Source: Coniocarpon cinnabarinum
Lineage: Eukaryota
Direction: 5' to 3'
Length of the DNA: 64,000 bases
Assembly: GCA_051942205.1 (NCBI GenBank)
Contig: JAVECO010000089.1
Span: forward strand, 1-64,000
Shown here: positions 61,555 to 64,000 of the stretch, piece after piece
How the letters are laid out: every line of letters starts with the position of its first letter
Numbering within the stretch: the first letter of the stretch is position 1
The notes under the pieces: generated by a model
The model's input: only the letters and a program-made list of their open reading frames with translations
Database searches by the model: none
What the model was told of the DNA's origin: nothing
Program-made: the position numbers and the translations under genes

Positions 61555-62435
61555 ATGGCGGCTAATCGCCAGGGAAAGATGGTAAGCGAACTGTCGTCTA
61601 CCAGTTGTGACTCCAGCACTTTTCGTTGACAGAGACAGCTGACAACGGCGAATTATCATAGCAAAACTACGTAGGTATCCCTCAAAAGCCCAGCTTGAAG
61701 ATGATGAGCTATCTAACGTCAGCGCAGATCGACCATCGCATGCGCATCACACTCATCGATGGCCGCCAAATGGTTGGGCAAATGTTGGCATTCGACAAGG
61801 TATTCCGCACGTCATCCTGACCCAAGTACGTCGCTGATACTCTCCAGCATATGAACTTGGTCCTTGCAGATACAGAAGAGTTCAGGAAAGTGAAGAGAAA
61901 GCCAAACAAGGGTGCAGCGCCAGGTGCGGCCGCAGGGCCCCTCGTTGAGTCGGAGGAGAAGCGTACACTTGGTCTGACGATCGTCCGCGGCACCAACATC
62001 GTCTCACTGTCCGTGGAATCGGGACCTCCATCAGATCCCGCTGCTCGATTGGGTGCGCAATCATCCAATACGGGAGGCGCTCCGGCAGCAATGTCGGCGG
62101 GGACCGGGGCCGCCAGAAGCGTTGGACGAGGGTTGGCCGTGGGTTTACAAGGTCCTGCACGTAAGTCCGCACCTGACAAATTGCTTCGCTGTTTCTCTGA
62201 CGTTTGCTAATATGTTTCAGCGGGGGTTGGCGCTGGTGGTTTTGGAGGTTTCCCAAATGCTCAGCAAGGACCACCCGGTTTTGGGCGAGGAGGGCCTTTC
62301 CCTCCAGGTGCTCCGCCGAACTTCCAAGGATTTCCGCCTGGTGGCCCACCTGGAGGACCACCCCCAGGTTTTAGCGGACCTCCGGGTGGAAGAGGCTTTC
62401 CTCCTCCACCTGGTGGCGGGTATCAGGGAAGATAA
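61555..62435 (+). CDS. SMB1: Small nuclear ribonucleoprotein SmB, 5 exons
   Basis: MAANRQGKM|QNY|IDHRMRITLIDGRQMVGQMLAFDK|HMNLVLADTEEFR..RTLGLTIVRGTNIVSLSVE, followed by a Gly/Pro-rich tail. Confidence 0.95.
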
Positions 62436-62872
62436 GCAATAGTATGGGTTCCCAATCAACCGCTGATCTCACGTCCAACGCGAAAAGTAATACTCGCCGG
62501 ATTCATCTGCTCCAGAAATCCGGCACACCGCACACGCTTGCGCGTCACGTTACAAGAGCAGAGATCGGAATTATGAACTATGGTCATCGGAAGAACGAGT
62601 GAAGTGTCAAGTTGGACAACTTGGCTACGCTGTAATAACTATGGCAGCATGCTTGTCAACAATGGTCACAGACTCACATTGATAGCTGCAGCAATGCTAC
62701 AGTCTAGCAGTATGTGTAGACAATGAGGCAATTTGTCAATATCACGTGACCGTCGCTCTCATCCTTCCGGCCGGGTTGGTAAACGTACACTTTCACTCTT
62801 GTTCCCCCTCCCCTTTCGTCACATACGGTGCAATTATCTTTGTGAAGACTCTTTCTCACTCGTAGGGACAAC

Positions 62873-63955
62873 ATGGCTTCGACGCAACGTATTGTAGTCT
62901 CCTTGCTACTCATATTGACTGCCGCATTTCTGTTCTTCGCTCAGTCTGTGGAGGCCGCGGGCAAAGGACCCAAGATAACCAACAAAGTCTATTTCGATGT
63001 GCAGCATGGAGATGAAGATTTGGGACGCATTGTTATAGGCCTCTATGGCAAGACCGTCCCAAAAACCGCAGAGAATTTTCGGTATGGCACTTCATATCAC
63101 TTGGCTCTGGGTTTCGCTGAACTGGTATCCAGTGCTCTGGCAACAGGCGAGAAAGGCTTCGGCTACGAAGGGTCAACCTTTCACCGTGTAATCAAGCAAT
63201 TTATGATACAGGGTGGTGATTTTACCAAGGGCGATGGTATGATGCCCGTCAAAAGTACGATGGCGTGGTCCGCTCTAATTCATTTCGAAAGGCACCGGCG
63301 GCAAGAGCATATATGGCAATAAGTTCGAGGATGAGAACTTCAAGTTGAAGCACACGAAAAAGGGTGCTCTGAGTGAGTTGGTTGTCGATTTAGGAAGGCG
63401 TCTGTCGTGGTTAACAGAAGGCGATAGGCATGGCAAACGCGGGAAAAGACACCAACGGCTCACAGTTCTTCATCACCACTGCTATCACCTCTTGGCTTGA
63501 TGGCAAGCATGTGGTTTTTGGAGAGGTCTTGGAAGGCTACGACGTTGTCGAACAAATCGAAGATGTGCCCAAGGGCGCCGGAGACAAGCCCGCAAAGCCG
63601 GTGAAAATCATCAAATCGGGCGAGCTTGAACCTCCAGATGAAGGTACCCGCGCAGAGCTCTAGTCCTCTCCTACGCTATGCCCGCACACTCGCTGATGCG
63701 TGGTTTTAAGATGCAGATGATAACACTGAGGACGAGACCTCATCTACTGCTCAAGGCAAAGTGAACGCGAATGTGAACGCGGGCGATCGATCATTCTTCG
63801 AGGACGAATCTCAAAAGGTGTGGGCTTCTGTGCAGAGCAACCAGGGTATTGCTCCAAAACTTCTGGCGATAGGTGTAATAATTGCTATAGTGATGATCGT
63901 TGTGAAAAGGAGGAGCACGCCGCCGCGACCCATGCACGAGAAAAGTCTGGCTTAG
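62873..63955 (+). CDS. cypB: Secretory-pathway cyclophilin B (PPIase); short isoform ends RAEL* at 63663, spliced isoform ends at 63955 with a TM helix
   Basis: Signal peptide, [64 protein letters not shown]. Confidence 0.95.
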
Positions 63956-64000
63956 GCATTTGCATCACGTAACGGAGACACACTTCTGAGCGTATGAGCG

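Overview
Eukaryotic DNA from an intron-rich filamentous ascomycete (Pezizomycotina-type GT..CTRAC..YAG introns, RIP-like AT-rich repeats). The window opens in a RIP-eroded repeat zone: an (AACTAT)n array plus degenerate repeats. It continues with a 9-exon GH5 endoglucanase, a ~715 bp foldback element, and a core block (HeLo-like-N protein, BUD23, SVP26, MND1, palF/RIM8). An accessory-looking block at ~17.4-37.4 kb holds a bacterial-type ATP-grasp enzyme, a CorA-like protein, a divergent MFS, a kinase and a kinase-helical-pseudokinase fusion. After that come an SDR interrupted by one TAG, an M19 dipeptidase, CDC6, a second SDR, thioredoxin-PITH, a methyltransferase and ornithine decarboxylase. 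The window ends with a decayed-gene tract, RPL11, SmB and cyclophilin B. Most notable: the kinase/CorA-like/MFS island (possible fungal defence or cell-death module), a non-AUG uORF ending PP-stop upstream of ODC, a 3-nt microexon in the GH5 gene, an intron-retention switch between ER-lumenal and membrane-anchored cyclophilin B, and frequent AAG splice acceptors. All family calls come from motif recognition by eye; no database searches were run.
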